This document shows positions 18,358 through 28,821 of a stretch of DNA of 64,000 nt, one piece after another (position 1 is the first letter of the stretch; every line of letters starts with the position of its first letter). A program made the translations under genes and the position numbers. A model generated the notes under the pieces. The model was not told where the DNA came from. It made no database searches and saw only the letters and a program-made list of their open reading frames with translations. The DNA is from an uncultured Aliarcobacter sp. (lineage in GTDB: Bacteria > Campylobacterota > Campylobacteria > Campylobacterales > Arcobacteraceae), in NCBI GenBank assembly GCA_963677435.1, contig OY781945.1, positions 704,001 through 768,000 on the forward strand, written 5' to 3'.

Positions 18358-20478
18358 ATGGAAAAATATAATATTAGAAATAAAGTTTTATTAATAGTGT
18401 TAATTGGCTTTATTTTATCTTTCTCAATATTAGGATTTCTAAATACTAGTAACGCATATACATCAGAATATAAATTGGTGCAAGAGCGAAATTTAGAATT
18501 AGTAACTAAAACATCTGATTTTATTGATAGTTACTTAAAATCTAAAATAGTTGTAGTTGAATCTGTTGCTAAAGAATTAGCAAAAATTGATATATATAAT
18601 CAAAATAGTGAATTTATATCAAAATTAGTATTAGGTAGAGATGCAGGTTCATTTGCAGATTTATATTTAGGTTATGAAAAAGATGGATCATTAATACTAT
18701 CTACTGGTGAAATTTATGATTTAAAAAGTAAGAATTATGATGCAAGAAAAAGACCTTGGTATATGAAAGCGATAACACTAAATAAATCAGCAGTTTCTGA
18801 ACCATATACAGATGTTGTTACTGGAAAATTAATTATTTCAGTTGTAACTCCATTAGTTATTGATGGAAAAATTGCTGGGGTTGTAGGTTCTGATATTTTT
18901 CTTGATACAGTTGTTGAAACTATCTTAAATCTTAAAATCCATGAATCTGGATTTGCGTATTTATTAGATAAAGATAACAAAATCTTAATTCACAAAAATA
19001 AAGAGCTTTTAAATAAACAAAGTGCAGCTTTTAAATCAATAGAAAAAAATACAGATTTTGCATTTAAAATTTTAGATGTTGATGGTGTTAAAAAAATTGT
19101 TAGTTTTAGTAAAGTTCCATTAACTAATTGGTATTTAGTAATTGAGTTAGATAATGATGCTGTATTTAAAAAACTTAATGATAATGTTATTACTGACATC
19201 ATCACATATTTAGCACTTTTAATTGTATTCATTTCTATATTATATTTTTCATTAACAAAAATGCTTCAACCATTAAAAATTTTAGAAAATGGATTTAATG
19301 AATTCTTTAATTACTTAAAAGGTGAGACTAAAAATGTTCAAAAGCTTAATCTAAAATCTCAAGATGAATTTGGAAAAATGGCAAATATTCTTGATAAAGA
19401 GATTGAGTTAGTTTCTATAAATTTTGAAAATGATAAGAAATTAATTGAAAATGTAAAAATGGTAGTAAATAGAGTAAAAGAAGGAAGATTAGATAAATTT
19501 GTAGATCAAGAAACAAATAATAAATCTTTAGCTGAATTAAAAGAGATATTAAATGAAATGATTAGTCAAATTAGCAGTAATGTTCATGATAATATTAATG
19601 AAATAATCACTACTTTAGATTTATATGCAAAATCTAACTTTACGCAAACAATTCAAAATCCAAAAGGTGATATTGCAAGAGGATTAAATAATTTATGTTT
19701 AACAATTAACGAAATGCTAAATGTAAATAAATCAACAGGAGTTACTTTAGAATCCAATTCTAAAAAATTATCAAGTAATGTTGATATATTAAATAAATCT
19801 TCAAATAATACAGCTGCAGCTTTAGAAGAAACAGCAGCAGCAATCGAAGAAATTACTTCAACTGTTGCAAATAATACAGAAAAAATTGCAACAATGTCTT
19901 CTTATTCAAATCAATTATCAACTTCGATTTTACAAGGTGAGAAACTTGCAAACTCAACAGTTATTTCAATGAATGAAATAAATGAGCAAACAAATGCAAT
20001 TGCTGAAGCTATTACTATTATTGACCAAATAGCATTCCAAACAAATATTCTTTCATTAAATGCAGCTGTAGAAGCAGCAACTGCTGGAGAAGCTGGAAAA
20101 GGATTTGCTGTTGTTGCAGCAGAAGTGCGAAACCTAGCAAGTAGAAGTGCAGAAGCTGCTAAAGAGATTAAAACTCTTGTAGAAAATGCAACTAATAAAG
20201 CTAACAATGGTAAAAAAATTGCTGATGATATGATAAGTGGATATAAACAATTAAATGACAATATCTCAAAAACAACAAAAATTATTGAAGATATTTCAGA
20301 AGCATCAAGAGAGCAAAGAACAAGTATTGAGCAAATAAATGATGTTATTAATGAATTAGATAAACAAACACAACAAAATGCTGTAGTTGCTAGTGAAACA
20401 CAAACTATTGCACAAGAAACTTCAAAAATTGCTAAGAAAATATTAGAAGATGTAAATAATAAAGAGTTTAAATCATAG
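18358..20478 (+). CDS. Methyl-accepting chemotaxis protein with dCache sensor
   Basis: Two TM segments; [45 protein letters not shown]. Confidence 0.96.
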   Translation: MEKYNIRNKVLLIVLIGFILSFSILGFLNTSNAYTSEYKLVQERNLELVTKTSDFIDSYLKSKIVVVESVAKELAKIDIYNQNSEFISKLVLGRDAGSFADLYLGYEKDGSLILSTGEIYDLKSKNYDARKRPWYMKAITLNKSAVSEPYTDVVTGKLIISVVTPLVIDGKIAGVVGSDIFLDTVVETILNLKIHESGFAYLLDKDNKILIHKNKELLNKQSAAFKSIEKNTDFAFKILDVDGVKKIVSFSKVPLTNWYLVIELDNDAVFKKLNDNVITDIITYLALLIVFISILYFSLTKMLQPLKILENGFNEFFNYLKGETKNVQKLNLKSQDEFGKMANILDKEIELVSINFENDKKLIENVKMVVNRVKEGRLDKFVDQETNNKSLAELKEILNEMISQISSNVHDNINEIITTLDLYAKSNFTQTIQNPKGDIARGLNNLCLTINEMLNVNKSTGVTLESNSKKLSSNVDILNKSSNNTAAALEETAAAIEEITSTVANNTEKIATMSSYSNQLSTSILQGEKLANSTVISMNEINEQTNAIAEAITIIDQIAFQTNILSLNAAVEAATAGEAGKGFAVVAAEVRNLASRSAEAAKEIKTLVENATNKANNGKKIADDMISGYKQLNDNISKTTKIIEDISEASREQRTSIEQINDVINELDKQTQQNAVVASETQTIAQETSKIAKKILEDVNNKEFKS

Positions 20479-20500
20479 ACTAGAGAAATCTCTAGTCTAT
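20475..20500. terminator. Bidirectional terminator hairpin between convergent genes
   Basis: ATAGACTAGAG-AAAT-CTCTAGTCTAT. Confidence 0.65.
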
Positions 20501-20504
20501 AATC

Positions 20505-21608
20505 TTATAAGCAGCTTTTGATTAGTTTAATACCTTGCTCAATTTGTTCAAAACTTGAGTGAGTGTAGTTAAATCTAATCTCTCCATTTGGGATTTTATC
20601 TATATAAAATTGATTCCCAGGAACATAAACAACTTTTTTCTCAATACATTTTTGAACTAAGGCAAAAGAGTCAATTCCTTCAAAACTACCATATAAAAAC
20701 ATTCCACCTTTTGGTTTTTCATATTTAAATTCTGGTAAATATTTATCTAATTGCTCACAAAAGAAGTTTGCTTTTTTCTCATAATCATCTCTAATATCTT
20801 GTAGATGTTTTTCATAATTTGCTTCATCTTCTAAATACTCATTTAAAATATATTGAGAAATTCCACATGAGTGTAAATCAATGCTTTCTTTTATAATCAT
20901 TAAAGATTGAAGTAATTTTTCATCTGCTCTAATCCATCCAATTCTAAGGCTTGGAACTAAAGTTTTAGAAAAAGATCCTAAGTGAAATGATTTATTTGGA
21001 ATTTTACAACTAATAGAAATATTCTTTTTGTCAAAATATAGTTCACTATAAGGACTATCTTCGATTAATAATCCATTTTCAGCTTCAACTATTTTTGCAA
21101 TTTCTTCTCTTTTTTTATCACAATAAGTTGTTGCTGATGGATTTTGAAAATCTGGAATTAAATATGCTAATTTTGTTTGTTTAAAACTCTCTTTGAATTT
21201 TTCAATATTAACTCCATCTTTTTCAAGTTCTACACCTTTCATTGTAAGATGGTTTAATCTAAATATATTCATAGCACCTAAATATGATGGTTCTTCAATA
21301 GTTATATCTTTACTTTCAAAATACTTAGCAAGGATGTACATACCTTGTTGGCTTCCTGTTGTAATTAGAATATTTTCTTTTTTTGTAGGAAATCCCTCTT
21401 TAGTATATCTTGCTGCAATTTTTTCTCTTAATTCTGAAATTCCATTACTAACTCCGTATTGAAATACTTTTGGATTATCAAATATTTTCATTGTTGCAGT
21501 TTTTAAATCATCCCTTGGAAATAGTTTTTCACTTGGAAGTCCACCTGCAAATGATATTGTATGTTCATCAATTGATTCAAGGATTTCTCTAATAAATGAT
21601 CTTTTCAT
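20505..21608 (-). CDS. PLP-dependent aminotransferase (class I/II, 2-aminoadipate transaminase-like)
   Basis: SFAGGLP, ITTGSQQ, PDFQNP, IEDSPY, GSFSKTLVPSLRIGW; start ATG 21608 with AGGAG SD. Confidence 0.93.
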   Translation of the reverse strand: MKRSFIREILESIDEHTISFAGGLPSEKLFPRDDLKTATMKIFDNPKVFQYGVSNGISELREKIAARYTKEGFPTKKENILITTGSQQGMYILAKYFESKDITIEEPSYLGAMNIFRLNHLTMKGVELEKDGVNIEKFKESFKQTKLAYLIPDFQNPSATTYCDKKREEIAKIVEAENGLLIEDSPYSELYFDKKNISISCKIPNKSFHLGSFSKTLVPSLRIGWIRADEKLLQSLMIIKESIDLHSCGISQYILNEYLEDEANYEKHLQDIRDDYEKKANFFCEQLDKYLPEFKYEKPKGGMFLYGSFEGIDSFALVQKCIEKKVVYVPGNQFYIDKIPNGEIRFNYTHSSFEQIEQGIKLIKSCL

Positions 21609-21716
21609 AAGTCTCCTATTTTTTGTTATAAGCATACTCAAATGAGAGCTTTTATTCTTTACATATATTGCTTTTATTATTATCTATTTTTGCTAATTTG
21701 TAGATATAATTCATTT

Positions 21717-22589
21717 ATGAAAAAAAGTACCCATGAAAAAAGAGCAAAAATTGCAAATGATGTTATGAACTATATTTATAAATATATAGATACAGATATA
21801 AATATAGATGAATTAAGTATAGAATTAAAAGTAAGTAAGTTTCATCTTCATAGAATTTTCAAAGAAGAATTTGGAAAAAATATCTATGAAAGTATAAAAT
21901 CTATAAGACTTCAAAAAGCTTCAAATCTATTGATAACAAATAAATATTCAACAATTACAGATATATCAAGTATGTGTGGATATAGTTCTCAAACTTCATT
22001 TTTACGAGCATTTAAACAAAGATTTGAAATGACACCAAAAATTTGGAAAAGTGGTGGATACAAAGATTACTCAAATAAAATAGTTGAAAAAATCACAAAT
22101 CAAAATAAGAGTATCACTATTTTTGATATAGAACCTGTTATTGTAAAAATGCCAGAAATCAAAGGTTATTATATAAGACATCAAGGTTATGATGTAAGTA
22201 TCAAAAAAACTTGGCAGAAATTACAAACATGGATTTATACAAATGATATAAAAGAGTACAAACAGATGGCTTTGCACCACGATAATCCAATTATAACTCC
22301 ACTTGAAGAGTGTCAATATATTGCAATTGTAACCCTTGAAAATGAAGATTTAAAAGATGTTTCTCTTCCTAGTTTAATTATTCCAAAAGGGGTTTATGCA
22401 AAATTCTCCCTTAGTGGAAGATATGGGGATGTAATAAAACTTATTCAGTGGGTTTATCATTATTGGTTAATTGATAGTGGTTATGAAACAACGCCAAACC
22501 CTTCATATACTATTTATCAAAAAAATCATTTTCTAAGTAGTGACGAAGAGTTTATTTTGGATTATTATTTACCTATTAAATATGTGTGA
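21717..22589 (+). CDS. AraC family regulator with GyrI-like effector domain
   Basis: SKFHLHRIFK, CGYSSQTSFLRAFK HTHs and a C-terminal GyrI-like region; ATG 21717 lies 6 nt after TATAAT. Confidence 0.92.
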   Translation: MKKSTHEKRAKIANDVMNYIYKYIDTDINIDELSIELKVSKFHLHRIFKEEFGKNIYESIKSIRLQKASNLLITNKYSTITDISSMCGYSSQTSFLRAFKQRFEMTPKIWKSGGYKDYSNKIVEKITNQNKSITIFDIEPVIVKMPEIKGYYIRHQGYDVSIKKTWQKLQTWIYTNDIKEYKQMALHHDNPIITPLEECQYIAIVTLENEDLKDVSLPSLIIPKGVYAKFSLSGRYGDVIKLIQWVYHYWLIDSGYETTPNPSYTIYQKNHFLSSDEEFILDYYLPIKYV

Positions 22590-23459
22590 AAGGCTTTTGA
22601 ATTTTACTTCTGCAATAATAGTTGCAAGTACAATTAAAATAGCCCCACTTATTTGAATGTTTGTTAATAACTCACCAACTGATAAAAAAGCAAAAATAGA
22701 AGCGCTCACGGGTTCCATTGCAAAGATTACAGCCGTTTTTGTGGCACTTGTGAATTGTTGCATATATGTTTGAATTAAAAAAGCATAAACAGTTGCAAAT
22801 ACTGCTGTAATTAAAACAGCTTTAAAAAATGCATAATCATAAGATAAATTAAATGTAACATCATCAAGAAGAAGTGAAAAGCCTAAAGATAACACAGCAA
22901 CTGTAATTAATTGAAATAAAACTAATAAAAATACATTTACCTCTTTTGAAAACTTTCCAGTGTAAATTATTTGTAAGGCAAATAAAAATGCACACATCAA
23001 AGTTAAAAGCTCACCTTTTCCTATTGTTAATGCGCCAGACATAGTTAGAAGATATAAACCAATTACAGCTATAAATGTGGCAATTAAAACATTTTTTTTA
23101 ATATGGTCTTTAAAAATAAAATATGCTAAAAAAGGAACACAAATTACATTAAGTCCTGTAATAAAAGCAACAATAGAGCTTTTTGTATAACTTAATCCAA
23201 AGGTTTGAGTTGCAAATGCACTAAATAAAAATATTCCAAGAATAATTCCATAAAAAATAGTTTTTTTATTAATTTGGTTTAAAAATCTAAACGCAATAAA
23301 AAACATTAAAATAGACGCAATTGCAAATCTAAAAAATAAAAAAGCATAAACAGGCGTTGTATTAATAGCATCTTGAACCATTAAAAATGTAACACCCCAT
23401 GCAATGGCAACAGATAAAAGTAGTAAATCTGCTCTTAATTCGTATAATTTTGACTTCAA
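22569..23459 (-). CDS. DMT/EamA family transporter
   Basis: IAWGVTF, QTFGLSYT..AFITGL, IFAMEPV. Confidence 0.92.
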   Translation of the reverse strand: MKSKLYELRADLLLLSVAIAWGVTFLMVQDAINTTPVYAFLFFRFAIASILMFFIAFRFLNQINKKTIFYGIILGIFLFSAFATQTFGLSYTKSSIVAFITGLNVICVPFLAYFIFKDHIKKNVLIATFIAVIGLYLLTMSGALTIGKGELLTLMCAFLFALQIIYTGKFSKEVNVFLLVLFQLITVAVLSLGFSLLLDDVTFNLSYDYAFFKAVLITAVFATVYAFLIQTYMQQFTSATKTAVIFAMEPVSASIFAFLSVGELLTNIQISGAILIVLATIIAEVKFKSLSHIFNR

Positions 23460-23610
23460 AATATTCCTTTAAAAATTAAAGCCGAGATTATATCACATTT
23501 ACAAAATTGTATATTATGTATAAATTGTATATAAATTATATGATTATGGCAGAAAAATTAAATAAAACTTTAGATATGATTAATCTTTAATAAATAAAAA
23601 AAGAGTATTG

Positions 23611-24351
23611 ATGTCAGATAACATAATTTCGATGGTAAATATTAATAAATTTTATGATGATTTTCATGTATTAAAAAATATTAATTTTGCTGTAAAAAAA
23701 GGTGAGATAGTAGTAATATGTGGACCCAGTGGTTCAGGTAAATCTACACTAATTAGGTGTATAAATGGATTGGAAGATATCGATGATGGTGATATAATTG
23801 TTGATTCAATTGATATCCATGGAAGCAAAAAGAATCTTCAAGAAATAAGAAGTGAAGTTGGAATGGTATTTCAACATTTTAATCTTTTTCCACATCTTAC
23901 AATTTTAGAAAATATCACAATAGCACCAACTTTAGTAAAAAGTATGGATAAAAAAATTGCTAAAGATGTAGCTATGGAATTACTTAAAAAAGTAAAACTA
24001 TCAGATAAGGCAAATGCGTATCCTGCTGATTTAAGTGGTGGACAAAAACAAAGGGTTGCCATTGCAAGAAGTTTAGCAATGAAACCAAAAATAATACTTT
24101 TTGATGAACCAACATCTGCACTTGACCCTGAAACAATAGGTGATGTATTATCAGTTATGAAAGATTTAGCACAAGAAAATTTTACAATAGTTTGTGTTAC
24201 TCATGAAATGGGATTTGCAAAAGAAGTAGGGGATAGAATAGTATTTATGGATCATGGTGTGATTATTGAAGAAAATAGTCCCGCAGAATTTTTTAATAAC
24301 CCCAAAAGTGAAAGAGCTAAAAAGTTCTTAAATGAAATTTTAACACATTAA
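23611..24351 (+). CDS. Polar amino-acid ABC transporter ATPase (GlnQ-like)
   Basis: [39 protein letters not shown]. Confidence 0.95.
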   Translation: MSDNIISMVNINKFYDDFHVLKNINFAVKKGEIVVICGPSGSGKSTLIRCINGLEDIDDGDIIVDSIDIHGSKKNLQEIRSEVGMVFQHFNLFPHLTILENITIAPTLVKSMDKKIAKDVAMELLKKVKLSDKANAYPADLSGGQKQRVAIARSLAMKPKIILFDEPTSALDPETIGDVLSVMKDLAQENFTIVCVTHEMGFAKEVGDRIVFMDHGVIIEENSPAEFFNNPKSERAKKFLNEILTH

Positions 24352-24362
24352 AAGGAGAAGAT

Positions 24363-25208
24363 ATGATGAAAAAAAATGGAATCCTGCATGCAGGTAAAAA
24401 GTTGGTAATGTTGATTTTAGCATTCACATCGTTAAATATGTTTGCTGCTGATTTAGATTTATGGAAAAATTCAACTTTGAATAAAATTGTTCAAAAAGGT
24501 GAATTAAGAGTTGGTTTAGAACCAGGTTACATGCCTTTTGAAATGAAAGACAAAAAAGGTGAAGTTATAGGTTATGATGTTGATATGGCTAAAAAAATGG
24601 CTAAAGAATTAGGTGTTAAATTAACATTAGTTCCAACTGCATGGGATGGAATTATCGCTGGTTTAATAACTGATAAATACGATATTATTATATCTGGTAT
24701 GACTGTTACTCAACAAAGAAATTTAGAAGTAAATTTTGCAAATCCATATTTAGTTGTAGGGCAAACTGTTCTTATGAATAAATCATTAGAAGGTAAAATT
24801 AAAACTGCACAAGAGTTAGATAAACCAGGATATACAATTGTAACAAAACTTGGAACTTCGGCTGAAATTGCAATCAAAAAATTCTACAAAAATGCAAAAA
24901 TCGTTACATTTGAAACTGAAGCAGATGCTGTTAGTGAAGTTTTAAATAATAATGCAGATGCATTTGTTTATGACCAACCATACAATCTTTTATTTATGGC
25001 TGACAAAGGTAAAGATAAATTAGTTCATTTAGATAAAGCATTAACTTATGAACCATTAGCATGGGCAATTAGAAAAGGTGATCCAGATTTTTTAAATTGG
25101 TTAAATAATTTCTTAAGACAATGTCAAGAAGACAAAGTTGTTGACTTCTCAAATGAGTTATATAATAAATGGTTAGTTGATACTACTTGGCTAAAAAGAG
25201 TTCAATAA
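24363..25208 (+). CDS. Polar amino-acid ABC substrate-binding protein
   Basis: GELRVG..YMPFE, GYDVD, WDGIIAGL, ISGMTVT. Confidence 0.93.
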   Translation: MMKKNGILHAGKKLVMLILAFTSLNMFAADLDLWKNSTLNKIVQKGELRVGLEPGYMPFEMKDKKGEVIGYDVDMAKKMAKELGVKLTLVPTAWDGIIAGLITDKYDIIISGMTVTQQRNLEVNFANPYLVVGQTVLMNKSLEGKIKTAQELDKPGYTIVTKLGTSAEIAIKKFYKNAKIVTFETEADAVSEVLNNNADAFVYDQPYNLLFMADKGKDKLVHLDKALTYEPLAWAIRKGDPDFLNWLNNFLRQCQEDKVVDFSNELYNKWLVDTTWLKRVQ

Positions 25209-25211
25209 TAT

Positions 25212-26180
25212 ATGTCAAAAAAGCATCAATCATTAGCACAAAATAAAAACTTAGGGCATCTAATTGCCCTAATGTTTTATGTAGTTGTAGGATATTTTTT
25301 ATATATTGCTGCATCAAACATGAACTATGTTTGGAAATGGAACTCTATTCCTGATTATTTTGTATATACTGAAACAAAAACAGTTGAAGCATCTGTAGAT
25401 GGGAAAATTGTACTTGATAATGGTATTTATTATATACAAAATAATAAAGAAAAAACTCAATTAGCTTTAGATAATACTTATAAATTTTCTTATACTGTAG
25501 GAGAAGATGTTTATGAGGGTGATACTATTGCTAAAAAATCAATAAGAAAAACAGGTCCTGTTTTAAATGGACTTTGGGTTACTTTAAAAATATCTTTTTT
25601 TGCTGCTATCTTAACTCTTTTTATAGGGATAATAGTTTCTTTAATGAAATTATCAAGTTATCAATTTTTAAAAGATATTGCAACAGTTTATATTACAATT
25701 GTTAGAGGGACACCTTTACTTGTTCAGATATTTTTATTTTACTTTATAGTTGCAAATATATTTGAATTAGATAGATTCGTAGCAGGGGTTTTAGCTCTTG
25801 GAATTTTCTTTGGTGCTTATGTTGCTGAGGTTTTAAGAGGTGCAATTCAATCAATAGACAAAGGTCAACTTGAAGCTTCTAAATCTTTAGGGATTTCAAA
25901 TTTCCAAGCTATGCGATATATTATTTTGCCACAAGCTTTCAAGCGAGCATTACCTACACTTGTAGGAGAGATGATTGCTTTAGTTAAAGATTCTTCATTG
26001 GTTTCAGTTATTTCTATTACAGATTTAACAAAAGTTGGTAAAGAGATTGTTGCAAATACTTTTTCACCATTTGAAACATGGATAGTTATTGCTTTAGTTT
26101 ATTTAACAATTACTTCTACAATGAGTTATATTGGACACATTATTGAGAAAAAAATGGCTTCAAAAGGTGGAATGAGTTAG
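25212..26180 (+). CDS. Polar amino-acid ABC permease with extra periplasmic insert
   Basis: RGTPLLVQ, AYVAEVLRGAIQSIDKGQLEA, VKDSSL. Confidence 0.93.
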   Translation: MSKKHQSLAQNKNLGHLIALMFYVVVGYFLYIAASNMNYVWKWNSIPDYFVYTETKTVEASVDGKIVLDNGIYYIQNNKEKTQLALDNTYKFSYTVGEDVYEGDTIAKKSIRKTGPVLNGLWVTLKISFFAAILTLFIGIIVSLMKLSSYQFLKDIATVYITIVRGTPLLVQIFLFYFIVANIFELDRFVAGVLALGIFFGAYVAEVLRGAIQSIDKGQLEASKSLGISNFQAMRYIILPQAFKRALPTLVGEMIALVKDSSLVSVISITDLTKVGKEIVANTFSPFETWIVIALVYLTITSTMSYIGHIIEKKMASKGGMS

Positions 26181-26815
26181 TGGATAACTTTTCTGCTTTT
26201 TTACAACAATCAATTACTTTTTTTGCAATTTTAGACCCAATTGGAATAAGTGCAATTGCCTTGTCAATACTTAGTACAAATATTACAAAAACACAAATGA
26301 ATACTGTTGCATATAAAGCTACTATTACTATTTTAGTAGCTTTTTTTGTAGTAATTATTAGTGGAGATTTGGTTTTAAAACTTTTTGGAATAGATGAAAA
26401 CTCATTAAAAGTAATGGGTGGAATTATTCTAATTTTAATGGCTATTTCTATGGTAAATGGTTCAGTTGAAAAAAAAACTTCAAAAGATTCAGGCGATGAT
26501 AAAAAAAATGAAGAGTTATCAGTAATACCAATTGGAATTCCAATTGCTTTTGGTACTGGATTATTTACAACTATTGTTATTTTTAAACACCAAGCTCAAA
26601 GTGCATTAGATTTATTATCTATTTCAGTTGCTTTTTGTTTAAATGCTTTAGTATTTTATTTGATACTTAGAAACTCAATCTACATAAAAAAATATTTAGG
26701 TCTTACTGGACAAAATATTATTACAAAATTGATGGGATTAATTGTTGGAGCTATTGCTGTACAATTTATCATTGGTGGTATAGTAGCCCTATCAAAAAGT
26801 TATCTGGGTGCTTGA
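26180..26815 (+). CDS. MarC family membrane protein
   Basis: FAILDPIG, VIPIGIP, IITKLMGLIVGAIAVQFI. Confidence 0.9.
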   Translation: MDNFSAFLQQSITFFAILDPIGISAIALSILSTNITKTQMNTVAYKATITILVAFFVVIISGDLVLKLFGIDENSLKVMGGIILILMAISMVNGSVEKKTSKDSGDDKKNEELSVIPIGIPIAFGTGLFTTIVIFKHQAQSALDLLSISVAFCLNALVFYLILRNSIYIKKYLGLTGQNIITKLMGLIVGAIAVQFIIGGIVALSKSYLGA

Positions 26816-27422
26816 TATATACTTAAAAGGCTTTATAGTAACTATCTCTTTGATAGTTGCTATTGGTGCTCAAAATGCCTATGTACTTAAGCTAGGACTT
26901 TTAAAACAGTATGTTTTATTGGCTGTTAGTTTATGTATCTTATTTGATTTTATTCTAATTAGCCTTGGTGTTTTTGGTTTAGGATATTTTATTCAAGACA
27001 ACCAACTTTTAATAAATATTATTGCAATTATCGGAATAGTTTTTTTATGTGTATATGCAATACTATCTTTTAAATCTGCTTTTAAAAATGAGAGTTTACA
27101 AATAGATGGAGATGTGAAAACAAATCCAGTAAAACAAGTTATAACTCTAATTCTAGTTTTTACTTTTTTAAATCCACATACTTATTTGGACACTATTTTA
27201 TTAATTGGTGGAATTGGTGCAAATATTGCAGATGATTTAAAAATTTATTTTTTATTAGGCGCTGTTAGTGCTTCTGCTACTTGGTTTTTTTCATTAGGAT
27301 TCGGAGCAAGATTTTTAATTCCACTATTTAAAAAGCCCATAACTTGGAAACTACTCGATATTAGTATTGGTTTTTTGATGTTATTTATTGCTTACTCTTT
27401 AAAAGATTTGATAGTTTATTAG
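26808..27422 (+). CDS. LysE/ArgO family amino-acid exporter
   Basis: LIVAIGAQNAYVL; TFLNPHTYLDT. Confidence 0.93.
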   Translation: MLDIYLKGFIVTISLIVAIGAQNAYVLKLGLLKQYVLLAVSLCILFDFILISLGVFGLGYFIQDNQLLINIIAIIGIVFLCVYAILSFKSAFKNESLQIDGDVKTNPVKQVITLILVFTFLNPHTYLDTILLIGGIGANIADDLKIYFLLGAVSASATWFFSLGFGARFLIPLFKKPITWKLLDISIGFLMLFIAYSLKDLIVY

Positions 27423-27452
27423 TTATAATTATTTCACTAAAAGGGAATAATA

Positions 27453-28229
27453 ATGAACAATAATACAAGTTTAGAAAAAATAGGCTGCTTTAAAACAATT
27501 CTTGACCCATATAATGGAATAACTATAAATAGTATAGATTTACCATCTTCAAAAGATGAGTTTGAGTTAAACCTTGATTTTTTAATAAATGAAGTTGAAA
27601 ACAAAAGATTTTTAATTTGGATTTATATAGATATAAAAAAATCAGATTTTATTCCAATTGCTACAAAAAAAGGATTTTTTTTCCATTCTTGCGATGAAGA
27701 TTATATATTAGTTGTAAAAGCACTAAAAGAAGATGCAATAATCCCAACAGCTTCAAATCATACTTTAGGAGTTGGCGCTGTTGTTATAAATGACAAAAAT
27801 GAACTATTAGTAATCAAAGAGAGAATTTCAAATGTTGGATATAAACTTCCAGGTGGTCATATTGATAACCGTGAGATGATTTCAAGTGCTGTAAAAAGAG
27901 AAGTTTTAGAAGAAACAGGAATAGATGTTGAGTTTGAGTCAATTGTCTCTTTAGGGCACTTTTATCCTCACCAATTTTATAAATCAAATTTATATATTTT
28001 ATGCACAGCAATTCCTAAAAGTTTTGAAATAAATATAAAAGATACTCAAGAGATTATTGATGCTAAATGGATGGATGTGGATAGTTATTTAGAGGATATA
28101 AATGTTTCTGACTATTCAAAAGCAATAGTTTTAGCAGCAATAAGTTTTAAAGGTCTAAAAAGAGCAAATCAAGAAGTTCTTTGTCATATTAAAAAAGATT
28201 TTGAACTATTTTTCCCAATAGAAAGTTAG
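27453..28229 (+). CDS. NUDIX hydrolase (Nudt6-like)
   Basis: HTLGVGAVV; KLPGGHID..E....AVKREVLEETG Nudix box. Confidence 0.92.
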   Translation: MNNNTSLEKIGCFKTILDPYNGITINSIDLPSSKDEFELNLDFLINEVENKRFLIWIYIDIKKSDFIPIATKKGFFFHSCDEDYILVVKALKEDAIIPTASNHTLGVGAVVINDKNELLVIKERISNVGYKLPGGHIDNREMISSAVKREVLEETGIDVEFESIVSLGHFYPHQFYKSNLYILCTAIPKSFEINIKDTQEIIDAKWMDVDSYLEDINVSDYSKAIVLAAISFKGLKRANQEVLCHIKKDFELFFPIES

Positions 28230-28322
28230 AAGTTTGTATAATACAAAAAATTAAAGGCTTTGTTATTAAAATCTTTAGGTTTTCTCGAAGAGAGTTTAAC
28301 AACAAGCTATAAAAGGATTAAA

Positions 28323-28706
28323 ATGAAAACTATTATTTCAACACCAAAAGCACCAAGCGCAATCGGACCATATAATCAAGCAACAGCATTTGATAAATTA
28401 ATTTTTACATCTGGACAAATTGCATTAAATCCACAAACTATGGAAATAGTTGAGGGTGGAGTTCAAGAACAGACAAAACAAGTTATGGACAATCTAAAAG
28501 CAGTTTTAGAAGAAGCAGGAAGCTCTTTTGAAAATGTTTTAAAAACTACTTGTTATTTATCAGACATGGATAACTTTGTAGCTTTCAATGAAATCTATGC
28601 ACAATACTTCAAAGGTGAAACTGCACCTGCAAGATCTACAGTTGCTGTTAAAACTTTACCTAAAAATGTTTTGGTTGAAGTAGATACAATCGCTTTTAAA
28701 AACTAG
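28323..28706 (+). CDS. ridA: RidA family enamine/imine deaminase
   Basis: APSAIGPY, SGQIAL, PARSTVAVKTLPKNVLVE; start ATG 28323 after AAGGA. Confidence 0.9.
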   Translation: MKTIISTPKAPSAIGPYNQATAFDKLIFTSGQIALNPQTMEIVEGGVQEQTKQVMDNLKAVLEEAGSSFENVLKTTCYLSDMDNFVAFNEIYAQYFKGETAPARSTVAVKTLPKNVLVEVDTIAFKN

Positions 28707-28750
28707 AATTTCCTAGTTTTTAATTTAATAATTTTCTAAACAAAAAATAG

Positions 28751-28782
28751 TTGACATAAATAATAAAATCTTGTAATATAAT
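28751..28782 (+). promoter_or_regulatory. sigma70-type promoter
   Basis: TTGACA at 28751; TAATAT 17 bp downstream, overlapping a TATAAT. Confidence 0.45.
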
Positions 28783-28821
28783 ATAAAAATTATAATTTTT
28801 ATTTAATGACAATTTAGGAGT

